Below, in pieces: positions 31,001 through 38,902 of a stretch of 64,000 nucleotides of DNA. Both the position numbers and the translations under genes were made by a program. Below the pieces are notes generated by a model. It ran no database searches. It worked only from the letters and a program-made list of their open reading frames with translations, and had not been told where the DNA came from. The stretch is taken from the NCBI GenBank assembly GCA_001890965.1, contig MLAY01000008.1, positions 552,341-616,340 on the forward strand, given 5' to 3'. This DNA is from a marine bacterium AO1-C. GTDB lineage: Bacteria > Bacteroidota > Bacteroidia > Cytophagales > Microscillaceae. The stretch's first letter is position 1, and each line of letters starts with the position of its first letter.

Positions 31001-31333
31001 TTGTTGCTCAAACTTACCTACCGATATTCCTGCCATCAACCCAAAAGGGGTAGGCCGAAACGACATACGATACAAGTACTTTAGAAATGATATTTTGAGC
31101 TTCTCTTCTTCTTTGGTGCTTTCTACGCCGTTTTTGAACCATTGCAGTAAAGCCTCTAGCAAACTAGGTGATGACAAATAAATTGCCTCTCGAATGATGG
31201 GGTTTTCTAATAGTTTTTCGATCGATATCGCTTCAACATCAGCAAAAGAATTAAAGGGTAAGAGTGGGGTTCTTAAAACGTAATAATCCAGTGGGCGAAT
31301 GTGGTATTTTTTAGGTTGGTTAGTTTGTTTCAT
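28097..31333 (-). CDS. Class I lanthipeptide dehydratase LanB (full-length, unsplit: glutamylation plus elimination domains)
   Basis: ~1080 aa. N-terminus (MKQTNQPKKYHIRPLDYYVLRTPLLPF) is the hallmark start of lantibiotic dehydratases. Its size is consistent with an N-terminal dehydratase domain plus a C-terminal SpaB_C-type elimination domain. It follows LanC after a 25-bp gap. Confidence 0.85.
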   Translation of the reverse strand: MKQTNQPKKYHIRPLDYYVLRTPLLPFNSFADVEAISIEKLLENPIIREAIYLSSPSLLEALLQWFKNGVESTKEEEKLKISFLKYLYRMSFRPTPFGLMAGISVGKFEQQTQVKFAENEHNQRHTRLDMGFLGNFAIQLAERPAIKPHLKFYPNPTLYKVGDYLRYLEYRLQEKGRTLHLVDVDNSEFIELVLQQAQQGAKIIDLANLFVDDETTLEEASEFIEALIESQLLLSELEPTVTGEEFLGRLIEILQTIPSQGTLVNALEQIAQQMQAIDHQPLGVEVDRYRQIQQAIEALAQQLDAKGQEIKAGELFQVDMQKATIQNTLHPQVAKEIVEAVEWLFLIKGNAPNLDLESFKVDFRQKYEQQAVPLLQALDSEVGLGYPLKHQDSADFTPLVDDLVLAKNGRASNASLELSAWTHYLQEKYYEALHQGKANIELSKDELEKLFTRPEDLQLGTTFSFLGNVLAASPEAVDQGKFQVAVTSAGGASVGKMLGRFCYEGEELTDLLKHTFEKEQAAFPEAILAEIVHLPMARLGNVLQRAVLRDYEIPVMATTAVDEAYTIALADLWLKIHDDRLILFSKKLGKEVIPRLSSAHNYETKSVPVYYFLCDLQTQFANGVTWSWLHLENADWLPRVTLGKAILSKARWKVKAEDLKEVRDASDAHKVEKMQALRDRLQIPQHITAVFGDNKLPLDLSQLWPIKILLSLYKPSYVAVLEESLFHEQNLLATGPEGSFTNEIVVPFHYTTNANQADVQSPTNTNLFTVTDQQITREFALGSEWFYLKIYCGAKIADQIITEVIKPVADQLLSEQIIEEWFFLRYIDPKSHLRVRFKGKGLFYAQVIALLHQALEPYVSTGLVSNFHTDTYVREVERYGAATMELSEKLFCHDSQAVANILSLFEGEEIEEFRWLLALRGADALMADFGLDLHQRLQLIENMKDNFARDFNFTDKAAKKQLSQKYREARTKVQEIMVTSYDNTHPLAAAFDCFEQRSQAWKGIIQEIHTICEANGTQGQLNIMLPSYIHMMVNRLLRSKQRIHEVVLYDFLFQHYRSTIARAKKKQTNQPEVMAEND

Positions 31334-31358
31334 TTGGTAAAGAATTAAGTCATCATTT

Positions 31359-32615
31359 CTAAGCAATATCAAGCAAAAAGGCTCGCTCCCAATCGGTATT
31401 ATTTTCGTTATCCAAGAAACCCAGCATTACCATTGCAATCCCGGCATAGCCTTCTAAGAAACTGTAATCTTCTACCCAGTAAGGCTCTTTGGTATCAGGA
31501 TTCACTTTCATTCGTTTGTAATGTTCTTGTGCTTCGTTTTCTTGGTATTGTGTTACCAATAGGTTTAGCCAATGATCAGCAGCTTGTTGAAAGGCTTCTT
31601 CTTGTGTTGCCTGGTACAACTTACGATACATGTGGGCTATGCCTCCACCGCCATGGCAAAAGCCTGCATCCATCAGATTATCTTGAGGACTAAGGTGTAC
31701 CCCCGCTTCCTGAGGAGTTGCTTTTTGGGTAGTTTGTAGCGCAATCGCAATGGCCTTTTGCTTCCATTGATCCTGATCTAGGGCTTTTGAGGCATGCATC
31801 AAGGCTACCACAATGCATAAATCTCCGTAACACCAAGCCAACCGACCTTGTCGCTCATTGGCGGCTCCTTCTATAATCGTCAGCGGAAAGCACTCTGGTT
31901 GGTCTTCAAGCTCTTGCTGCACTAGCCAGGTCACGCTTTGCTCCAGCAATGTTTTACTTACTTCGGGTAAAATTTCGTTTTGAAAAGCCTTAGCCAAAAA
32001 GCTAATAATTCCAGGAATGCCATGGGCTAGCCCCAGATTGTAGCGAACATGGTGTTGGTATTCTTCATCTATGGTAAAATGGTCTTGCCAATAAGTAAAT
32101 CCATTTTCTTTGATGGCAGTTTGGTCTAAAGAAGTAACAATTTGTTCTAGTTGTGTCCTTGCTGAATCTGCGTGAGGTAAACGCTCGAGGTAATAAATAC
32201 CTTTGCTCACTAAACCATACAGCGTATCATAATTTTTATGTTGGCTATTTTGTACCAACGATGCCTCTATCATATCATCTAAATCGCTCAACATTTCGGC
32301 ATCTTCAGGATCAAGAATTTCTATGTTTACCAAATGTTGTAGCAACCAGGCTGCCCCCAGGTATTTGCCTGCCATAGCTACCTCGGCATGGGCTATCTCG
32401 CTATTTACTTGCATAAACTCCTCCAACGCCTCCACAGCTCCCTGGGCAAACTTATCGGCTTGCGATGCATCAAATAAGCTTGCATAGGCATACAGTAATG
32501 ATTGGGCCGCGTGATAATTGCTAAACAGGTAAGGAGTAGTAGGCAATGGATGCTTCTCGAACTTATTGAGTAGTTTTTGGACGATGTTTTTTTGAAGCTC
32601 AGGGGAAGACCACAT
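31359..32615 (-). CDS. Lanthionine synthetase C-like cyclase LanC
   Basis: Zinc-ligand and catalytic motifs GLAHGIPGI, LAWCYGDLCI and GFCHGGGGIAHMY (GxAHG / WCxG / CHG). Confidence 0.85.
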   Translation of the reverse strand: MWSSPELQKNIVQKLLNKFEKHPLPTTPYLFSNYHAAQSLLYAYASLFDASQADKFAQGAVEALEEFMQVNSEIAHAEVAMAGKYLGAAWLLQHLVNIEILDPEDAEMLSDLDDMIEASLVQNSQHKNYDTLYGLVSKGIYYLERLPHADSARTQLEQIVTSLDQTAIKENGFTYWQDHFTIDEEYQHHVRYNLGLAHGIPGIISFLAKAFQNEILPEVSKTLLEQSVTWLVQQELEDQPECFPLTIIEGAANERQGRLAWCYGDLCIVVALMHASKALDQDQWKQKAIAIALQTTQKATPQEAGVHLSPQDNLMDAGFCHGGGGIAHMYRKLYQATQEEAFQQAADHWLNLLVTQYQENEAQEHYKRMKVNPDTKEPYWVEDYSFLEGYAGIAMVMLGFLDNENNTDWERAFLLDIA

Positions 32616-32699
32616 ATTTCAGAGAATGAATTGGCAATGAATAAAAAATGATCACCCCCTTTGATAGCAAAGGAGGTGATTGAAAGCAACGCTTAATGT

Positions 32700-32924
32700 T
32701 TATACTGGGTAGTTAGATGGAGTTCTGCATTGTCTAGAGTCGTTGCAGGTAAACTGAGAAGCAGCACAAGGACCACCCATGCTACGGTCACAAGTCATGT
32801 CTTCTACACGAGTAAGATACTGACAAGCTTCTCCACCTTGAATAGTTTTCAGGTTCAAATCGTTTTGACCTTTGGTAAAATTCTTTAATGTACGTTTGTT
32901 TACTTTGAATTTGTTTTTGCTCAT
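32700..32924 (-). CDS. Lanthipeptide precursor peptide LanA (double-glycine leader, Cys/Ser/Thr-rich core)
   Basis: 74 aa. Leader MSKNKFKVNKRTLKNFTKGQNDLNLKTIQGG with an NDLNL (FNLD-like) box and a GG site. Predicted core EACQYLTRVEDMTCDRSMGGPCAASQFTCNDSRQCRTPSNYPV has 5 Cys and 8 Ser/Thr. Immediately upstream of LanC and LanB on the same strand. Confidence 0.7.
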   Translation of the reverse strand: MSKNKFKVNKRTLKNFTKGQNDLNLKTIQGGEACQYLTRVEDMTCDRSMGGPCAASQFTCNDSRQCRTPSNYPV

Positions 32925-33124
32925 GATTAAAATTAGATTTAGTTAACATACCTACTCTGTTTCCGATTTTCGGCGTACTCGGTCTTAGAAACTGTGTAGA
33001 CTTTAATGAAAAATGGCTTATAACATTTCTTGTCACTAAAACCACACAATTTCACAATCCAAAGATCAAAAAGAAAATAAATATATTTCCCTCACAAAAT
33101 GACCAAATAAAATTTGGATAAAGA

Positions 33125-33442
33125 TCAATCTTTCTTATCAATTAGATTATCAAGAATGACCCCTTCGACCTCGTCCCAGGTGGCATATCCTAAAAAATGA
33201 GCAATTTTTTGTTGGTTTTTGGCATTACAAAATCTTACTCCTTGAGCCTCACAGTTGAAGAGACGTTTGAGCGTAGTAATGCTAATCCCTGTAAGGTAAG
33301 ACAGGTATCGAAAATCGGCGTGTCGGCAAGTCTGCGTGTCGGTAGCTAATTTGGTTTGCTGTTCACAGAATGCTTGATTTTTTGCGGTAGCAGTTTCCAA
33401 AATCATTTGAGCCACTTGCTGTTTAAGGAGATGGTATAGCAT
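33125..33442 (-). CDS. Small HTH-like protein; paralog B, immediately upstream of the precursor gene
   Basis: See 27469..27819. 105 aa. Confidence 0.5.
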   Translation of the reverse strand: MLYHLLKQQVAQMILETATAKNQAFCEQQTKLATDTQTCRHADFRYLSYLTGISITTLKRLFNCEAQGVRFCNAKNQQKIAHFLGYATWDEVEGVILDNLIDKKD

Positions 33443-33730
33443 GATGTTTTGTGATTTATGATGAGAATATGCCTGACATATTCTTTTTTCATATGTTGTT
33501 TTACTTAACTATTTGTTACACTTATTATGATTTTAAGTCAGGGTCTTCGTTAGAAAGTTTGATAAAATTTTAATAAAAATATGGTATTTTATCTGGATAA
33601 GCTTGAGGATTGGCTTTTTTTATAGCAAATGGGGGTGGTGAACTAGCAACTTTTTAAAACGATGGATATTTTGATGTATCGGCTTGTTTAAGAAAACAGG
33701 AAAGGATGTTGGGGACTTGCCCCAACAAAA

Positions 33731-35041
33731 CTACTTCACCAAAACCCTTTTTTCCATCAACAATCGTTTCTCTACATCCCATACTTTCACCTGATAAGAG
33801 CCTTTAGGTAGCACCAAATAAGAAGGCTTATCTAGTTGCTTGAGGTGGATTTGGTCTATGGGCACTGCATTTTCAGCATCACTTGGTTTAAAAGCTTGCA
33901 CCAAACACTCTTGCTTGATATTCCACTTTTTAGGATCAACCTTGTAGTACTTTTTGGCGGTCCCCCAACTGAGCCAGGTTGGGCGTCCGTTTTTGAGTTG
34001 GGTACGGGGCAAAAAGACTTGCACATCTACGTAGTTTACAAACAAATTGCCCGTATCGGCTACCCAAGGTTTGCTTTGATACTCAAGCACAATGGGGCTA
34101 TTTTTTAACCAACCTTGTTTGATCACCTGACGATAATACACATGTTCATATTTTTTATGAAAACGCTCGGTCATCTCAGTTTGATCTATAGTAAAAGGGT
34201 TGATTCCGGTCAATTTGATGAACTCCTCGCCCATTTTTACCCAACTTTTCTTCTGGTGGTTTTCTTCTATATTCTGGATACCTCCATATACCAGCATCTT
34301 GGCTTCAGGATTTTTCTTAAGCACCTCCTGTAAGTGCATCGCTTGCTGTTTAGATCTTGAGGTACCTCGTTTGTTGGCCTCGTAAGGCAATACTTTAAAG
34401 CCTAGCTTGATGGCTTGGCGAATCAAGTTACTCATCATAGGTTCTAAAGTAAAATACCCCGAATTGGCCAATGGATAACCTCGTTGGTTCAGCAAAGTAT
34501 CTTTATGGCTCAATGTCTCGACCATCAAGAAACGAAAGCCTTGTTGGTATAAACCAGCTAATAGTGTCGCAGCAAAGGCTCGGTGCTGGCCCACATGGTG
34601 CGCTTCATTGATCATTATTACTTGCTCACGCTTGGCTCTTTGGAGAATGTAGTTTTTAGCATCAGGCACCTTTACTTGCTTACTATCCAGCGATTTGACT
34701 ACTATTTTCTTTCTACCCTCAATCATCAAGGCTTTGTCAAAATAGTAAAGTGCGCTATCATAATTCGTCACAAACGAATTGTAAAACCCTTGGTATTGGG
34801 CATAAAAACTCTTGGTATCAGGATCGGCATTGGCCACAAGGCTTTCGTTGGCTTTGAGCGCAACTACTGGCTTGAGATAATTAGGGTTAGAGCGATCTTG
34901 TATAGCCTCTCTCACTATACTATCTATTTTGCTCATGAGTTCGAACTGAGCAAATGCTTGTGTTTGAAAAAATAGTATTCCACAAAGGATACTACCTATC
35001 ACAAAAGCTTTTCCGGCGGATAATTTCGCAAATTTGATCAT
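33731..35041 (-). CDS. Secreted protein of uncertain function encoded inside the lanthipeptide operon (possible Tiki/TraB/erythromycin-esterase-like hydrolase)
   Basis: Signal peptide (GILFFQTQAFAQ). INEAHHVGQHR and VYGG segments weakly resemble the paired GxxH motifs of the Tiki/TraB/PrgY/ChaN superfamily. Assignment is tentative. Confidence 0.4.
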   Translation of the reverse strand: MIKFAKLSAGKAFVIGSILCGILFFQTQAFAQFELMSKIDSIVREAIQDRSNPNYLKPVVALKANESLVANADPDTKSFYAQYQGFYNSFVTNYDSALYYFDKALMIEGRKKIVVKSLDSKQVKVPDAKNYILQRAKREQVIMINEAHHVGQHRAFAATLLAGLYQQGFRFLMVETLSHKDTLLNQRGYPLANSGYFTLEPMMSNLIRQAIKLGFKVLPYEANKRGTSRSKQQAMHLQEVLKKNPEAKMLVYGGIQNIEENHQKKSWVKMGEEFIKLTGINPFTIDQTEMTERFHKKYEHVYYRQVIKQGWLKNSPIVLEYQSKPWVADTGNLFVNYVDVQVFLPRTQLKNGRPTWLSWGTAKKYYKVDPKKWNIKQECLVQAFKPSDAENAVPIDQIHLKQLDKPSYLVLPKGSYQVKVWDVEKRLLMEKRVLVK

Positions 35042-35343
35042 TACTTTAAAACAGTTTAAAATTTTAATGTTTTATCACTAATGGGGCTACCTCTTAGAAG
35101 AATGACTTTAATAGATAAGTATAAATTAGGAGAGACTTGTTAATTATGATTTATTGGGTGTACCTAAGAGATTAGTCTCCAGGTAACCTTACTTGAGAGA
35201 TAAAAAAAGTGGAGAGATTTTATGATTTGATTCGGGTAATAGGCTGGCTTTTAAGAAAATGTGCTGATAATAAAGCAAAAAAAATTGTAGGCAATTCACA
35301 TCATTGCCTACAACCTTTTATATCGTTACGAAAGCGAAAGGGC

Positions 35344-37539
35344 TTACCCTCCTAATTCTAACTGGTTTTTCACCAAGTCGTAGTACATACCTTTTTGGGC
35401 AGTAAGTTCTGCGTGAGTTCCTTGCTCTACCAGTTTTCCTTTCTCGAGTACAATGATTTGGTCAGCATTTTTTACCGTACTCAATCGGTGGGCAATCACT
35501 ACTGCGGTACGTCCCTTGAAGAACTCATTTAAGTTCTCCATAATGATCTTCTCATTGTTGGCATCCAGAGCCGAAGTAGCCTCATCAAAAAACAAAAATT
35601 CAGGGTTTTTATACACTGCCCGAGCAATCAAAATCCGTTGTTTTTGTCCACCACTTACCCCAATTCCATCCTGGCCAATTTTGGTGTTATAGCCCAAAGG
35701 CAAACCTTCAATAAACTCTTGAATGTTGGCCACTTGTACTGCCTGACGCAAACGCGCCTGATCTATGATTTCGTCACTTACTGCAATATTACGAGCAATG
35801 GTATCAGAGAAAATAAATCCATCTTGCATGACAGTACCACAACGCTCTCGCCACATACGACCATTGAGGTTATTCAACTGAATACCTTCAAGTTTAATAA
35901 CACCTTCTACCGTATCATAAAACTTAAGCAAGAGTTTCAGAAGCGTAGTTTTTCCACTACCACTGGTACCTACCACTGCGGTAATTTTCCCTTCAGGGAT
36001 GGTAAAAGAAACATCTTCTAAAACCTTAGGAGAATGAGGTCCTTCGTATTGAAAGGTAACATCTTCGAGGTGAATATTTTTACCTTCAGGCAAAATCGTA
36101 ATCTGAGGGGTTCCATCTTCTTCCTCGTTGTCTTTGTCATGAATTTCACCCAATCGCTCCAGACTTATCTTGGCATCCTGCATTTCATATACAAAGTTGA
36201 TCATTTGGCTAATAGGGCCATCCAACTGCCCAATAATAGACTGTACTGCCAACATCATACCCAGCGTCATAGAACCATTCACTACTGCGTAGGCTGCCGA
36301 AAACGTGATCAGAATGTTTTTACTTTGGTTGATAAATAAGCTTCCTGCCTGCTGTATTTGCTCCAAGGTTACACTCTTTACATTGATCTTAAACATTTTG
36401 GCCTGAATACGCTCCCATTCCCACCGCTTTTGTTTTTCACAGTTGTTTAGCTTAATCTCTTGCATACCATTAATCAAGTGAATCAAGCTACTTTGGTTAC
36501 GTGACATTTCCTGAAAACGCTTGTAATCCAGTTTTTTACGCCAGTTTAAGAATGCCAATACCCAGGCAATGTACAAGATACTTCCTACTAAAAATATCAA
36601 AAAGATATAGATATTGTAAAAGGCCAGAATGACCCCAAATACTATAAAGTTGAAGAAGGAGAATAGGATAGAAAGCGTGGAAGTACTCAGAAACTGCTCA
36701 ATGCGGTGGTGGTCGTTGATTCGTTGCAATAAATCTCCGATCATTTTGGTGTCGAAAAAGCCAATGGGGAGTTTCATCAACTTGATCAAGAAATCGGAAA
36801 TCAGTGAGATATTGATCCGGGTACTGAGATGTAGCAGTATCCACCGCCTTATAAAGTCCACTGCTGTTTGGCTAAAAAAGAGTACAAATTGGCCAATTAG
36901 CACAATGTAAATAAAATCCAGATTGCGGGTATTAATCCCGATATCTACTACCGATTGGGTAAGAAATGGGAAAATCATACTGAGCAAACTGCCCAACAAT
37001 AATCCCAAAAACAATTGGAATAAAAACTTACGATAACGCACCAAATACCCCAACAAAAAGCGCCAACTAGCCTTATTAATCTTTTCGTCAGTTTCTTTTT
37101 GATAAAACTCTGGGGTGGGTTCCATCAACATGGCTACCCCTTTGTCTTCGCCTCCTTCCCGAGTACTTGCCCAGTGTTTTAGAAATTGCTCTCGCTCATA
37201 TGTTACTAATCCTACTGCTGGGTCAGATACAAATACTTTCTTTTTTGTGACTTTATATACCACTACAAAGTGCTGTTGATTCCAGTGGGCAATAAAAGGC
37301 ACTGGAGCTTCATCGGCTAGTTGCTGGAAGGTAGTTTTTACACCAATAGTACGAAAACCAACTGCTTCGGCAGCATCGCTAATACCCAATAAAGAAACGC
37401 CTTCACGGGTAATATAGCTTTGCTCACGCAGGTATTGTAATGAATATTTTTTACCGTAATGTTCTGAAATAATTTTGACACATGAGGGGCCGCAGTCCAT
37501 CATGTCTAATTGTATATAGGAGGGAAATTTCTTCGCCAT
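35344..37539 (-). CDS. Peptidase C39 domain-containing ABC transporter (LanT/bacteriocin-processing exporter)
   Basis: N-terminal C39 motif MDCGPSC plus downstream His/Asp. Six-TM core. Walker A GTSGSGKTT, ABC signature LSGGQKQRILIARAV, Walker B LFFDEATSALD. Confidence 0.85.
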   Translation of the reverse strand: MAKKFPSYIQLDMMDCGPSCVKIISEHYGKKYSLQYLREQSYITREGVSLLGISDAAEAVGFRTIGVKTTFQQLADEAPVPFIAHWNQQHFVVVYKVTKKKVFVSDPAVGLVTYEREQFLKHWASTREGGEDKGVAMLMEPTPEFYQKETDEKINKASWRFLLGYLVRYRKFLFQLFLGLLLGSLLSMIFPFLTQSVVDIGINTRNLDFIYIVLIGQFVLFFSQTAVDFIRRWILLHLSTRINISLISDFLIKLMKLPIGFFDTKMIGDLLQRINDHHRIEQFLSTSTLSILFSFFNFIVFGVILAFYNIYIFLIFLVGSILYIAWVLAFLNWRKKLDYKRFQEMSRNQSSLIHLINGMQEIKLNNCEKQKRWEWERIQAKMFKINVKSVTLEQIQQAGSLFINQSKNILITFSAAYAVVNGSMTLGMMLAVQSIIGQLDGPISQMINFVYEMQDAKISLERLGEIHDKDNEEEDGTPQITILPEGKNIHLEDVTFQYEGPHSPKVLEDVSFTIPEGKITAVVGTSGSGKTTLLKLLLKFYDTVEGVIKLEGIQLNNLNGRMWRERCGTVMQDGFIFSDTIARNIAVSDEIIDQARLRQAVQVANIQEFIEGLPLGYNTKIGQDGIGVSGGQKQRILIARAVYKNPEFLFFDEATSALDANNEKIIMENLNEFFKGRTAVVIAHRLSTVKNADQIIVLEKGKLVEQGTHAELTAQKGMYYDLVKNQLELGG

Positions 37540-37822
37540 CAGTATTCTTGAGTTAAAGGTTATTTAGGGAATTGTACATGACCACTTTCTAAAAACAAGG
37601 CTACAAAGTTAGTAAACCTTTAGGAATTGTCGTATTCATTTTTTGCTCAATAATTCTCAAAGTAAAATGTTAGATGACTTTAGTACAATCTCTCACCTAT
37701 ATTTTTATGGCGTTTACCGCTACAAAAACCTCCCTTAACCCCAAAATAAGCTCGCCGAATTATTAGATAAATTAAATTAACTCTTAATAAAACTCAATTT
37801 TGTATTACTACAATTAAACCCA

Positions 37823-38845
37823 ATGATGAATTTTTCAAAACCTATTTTGGGAGGGTTATTGGCGATGTTGCTTGCTTTGAACGCCTGTAGCCCATCCAAC
37901 GAAAAAGTGGAGCCTGCCAACAAGGCCAAACCATTGCCCATAGCAAGTTCGGTAAGTCAACAGGCTGCCAGTTTGCAAAATGGCCTTACCAGTCATTTTC
38001 GCCAATGGCTCAACAGTAACGGTTATGGTAGTTATGATTTTGCTCGTTTAGGCCTCACTGGAGGAAGTTATGGAGGCAAACAAAGTAATAGTGATGCAGT
38101 AAATAACGAACCCGTAATTTTTATTCACGGCAACTCAGACAAAGCTTTTGGCTCGGCAAGTGGGCAAACTGGCTGGACTAGTTCTATCAGTTATTTTTTA
38201 CAAAATGGCTACAAACAATCTGAAGTGTATGCCATTACCTGGGGACCTGCCAGTGCCAGTTTGGCCGCTCAACAGTACCACTCTAAACCTTACATTGAAC
38301 GCATACGTGCTTTTATTCAAGCTGTGAAAGCTTACACTGGCAAAAACAAAGTAGACGTAGTAGCTCATTCTATGGGAGTTACATTGTGTCGTAAGGCCAT
38401 CAAAGGTGGTTCGGGGAGCGATTTACTCAATGGCGGCTCTTATAATCTGGGAGGTTCACTTACCAATAGTGTAGATACTTTTGTGGGTATTGCTGGGGCC
38501 AACTGGGGACTCACCAATTGTATAAGTTTGGCAGCGACTCCTACTTGTGGGTCTACCAATGGCTTTTATCCTGGTGCTTATGCTACATTTTTTGGTCCAG
38601 TAGGCTTATCAAACATTCTGAGCGATTTGAATAGCTCTAGTGGTTACGAGGGGCGATATGTGTATTCTATTTGGTCGAGTGCCGATCAGGTAGTGGGCTA
38701 CGGATGCATCGTATGGGGGCGCAATACTTGCAAAGTACCTGGGCAAGATGGACAAAAAAGTTTTTCTACACTGGGGCACTTTGGGGCAAAAGACAATACA
38801 GCCTACTATCAATTGCGTATGGTAAAACATCATCGCACCAATTAA
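37823..38845 (+). CDS. Secreted lipase/esterase, alpha/beta-hydrolase (lipase class 2-like)
   Basis: Lipobox LALNACS. Nucleophile elbow VVAHSMGV (GxSxG variant AHSMG, as in Bacillus LipA-like lipases). Confidence 0.65.
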   Translation: MMNFSKPILGGLLAMLLALNACSPSNEKVEPANKAKPLPIASSVSQQAASLQNGLTSHFRQWLNSNGYGSYDFARLGLTGGSYGGKQSNSDAVNNEPVIFIHGNSDKAFGSASGQTGWTSSISYFLQNGYKQSEVYAITWGPASASLAAQQYHSKPYIERIRAFIQAVKAYTGKNKVDVVAHSMGVTLCRKAIKGGSGSDLLNGGSYNLGGSLTNSVDTFVGIAGANWGLTNCISLAATPTCGSTNGFYPGAYATFFGPVGLSNILSDLNSSSGYEGRYVYSIWSSADQVVGYGCIVWGRNTCKVPGQDGQKSFSTLGHFGAKDNTAYYQLRMVKHHRTN

Positions 38846-38852
38846 TAATCTT

Positions 38853-38888
38853 ATGGCTAAATGTTTCTACCATTTAGCCATAAAATAA
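38853..38888. terminator. Bidirectional terminator hairpin with an 11-bp stem (atggctaaatg / catttagccat) between convergent genes
   Basis: cttatggctaaatgtttctaccatttagccataaaataa, between the lipase stop (38845) and the Trx-NHL stop (38903). Confidence 0.55.
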
Positions 38889-38902
38889 TTACTTATCTAA
38901 AC

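Noticed and set aside
32788-33045. 85-aa minus-strand ORF overlapping the LanA precursor gene in another frame
   Set aside because: It overlaps the far better supported precursor, which has a GG leader and a Cys/Ser/Thr core. It has no peptide-like features.
33443-33730. Possible additional small precursor peptides in the spacers around LanA (32925-33124 and 33443-33730)
   Set aside because: I translated the minus-strand ATGs in these spacers and found no GG-leader/Cys-rich ORF, only short frames without lanthipeptide character. A tBLASTN with the LanA leader would be the definitive check.
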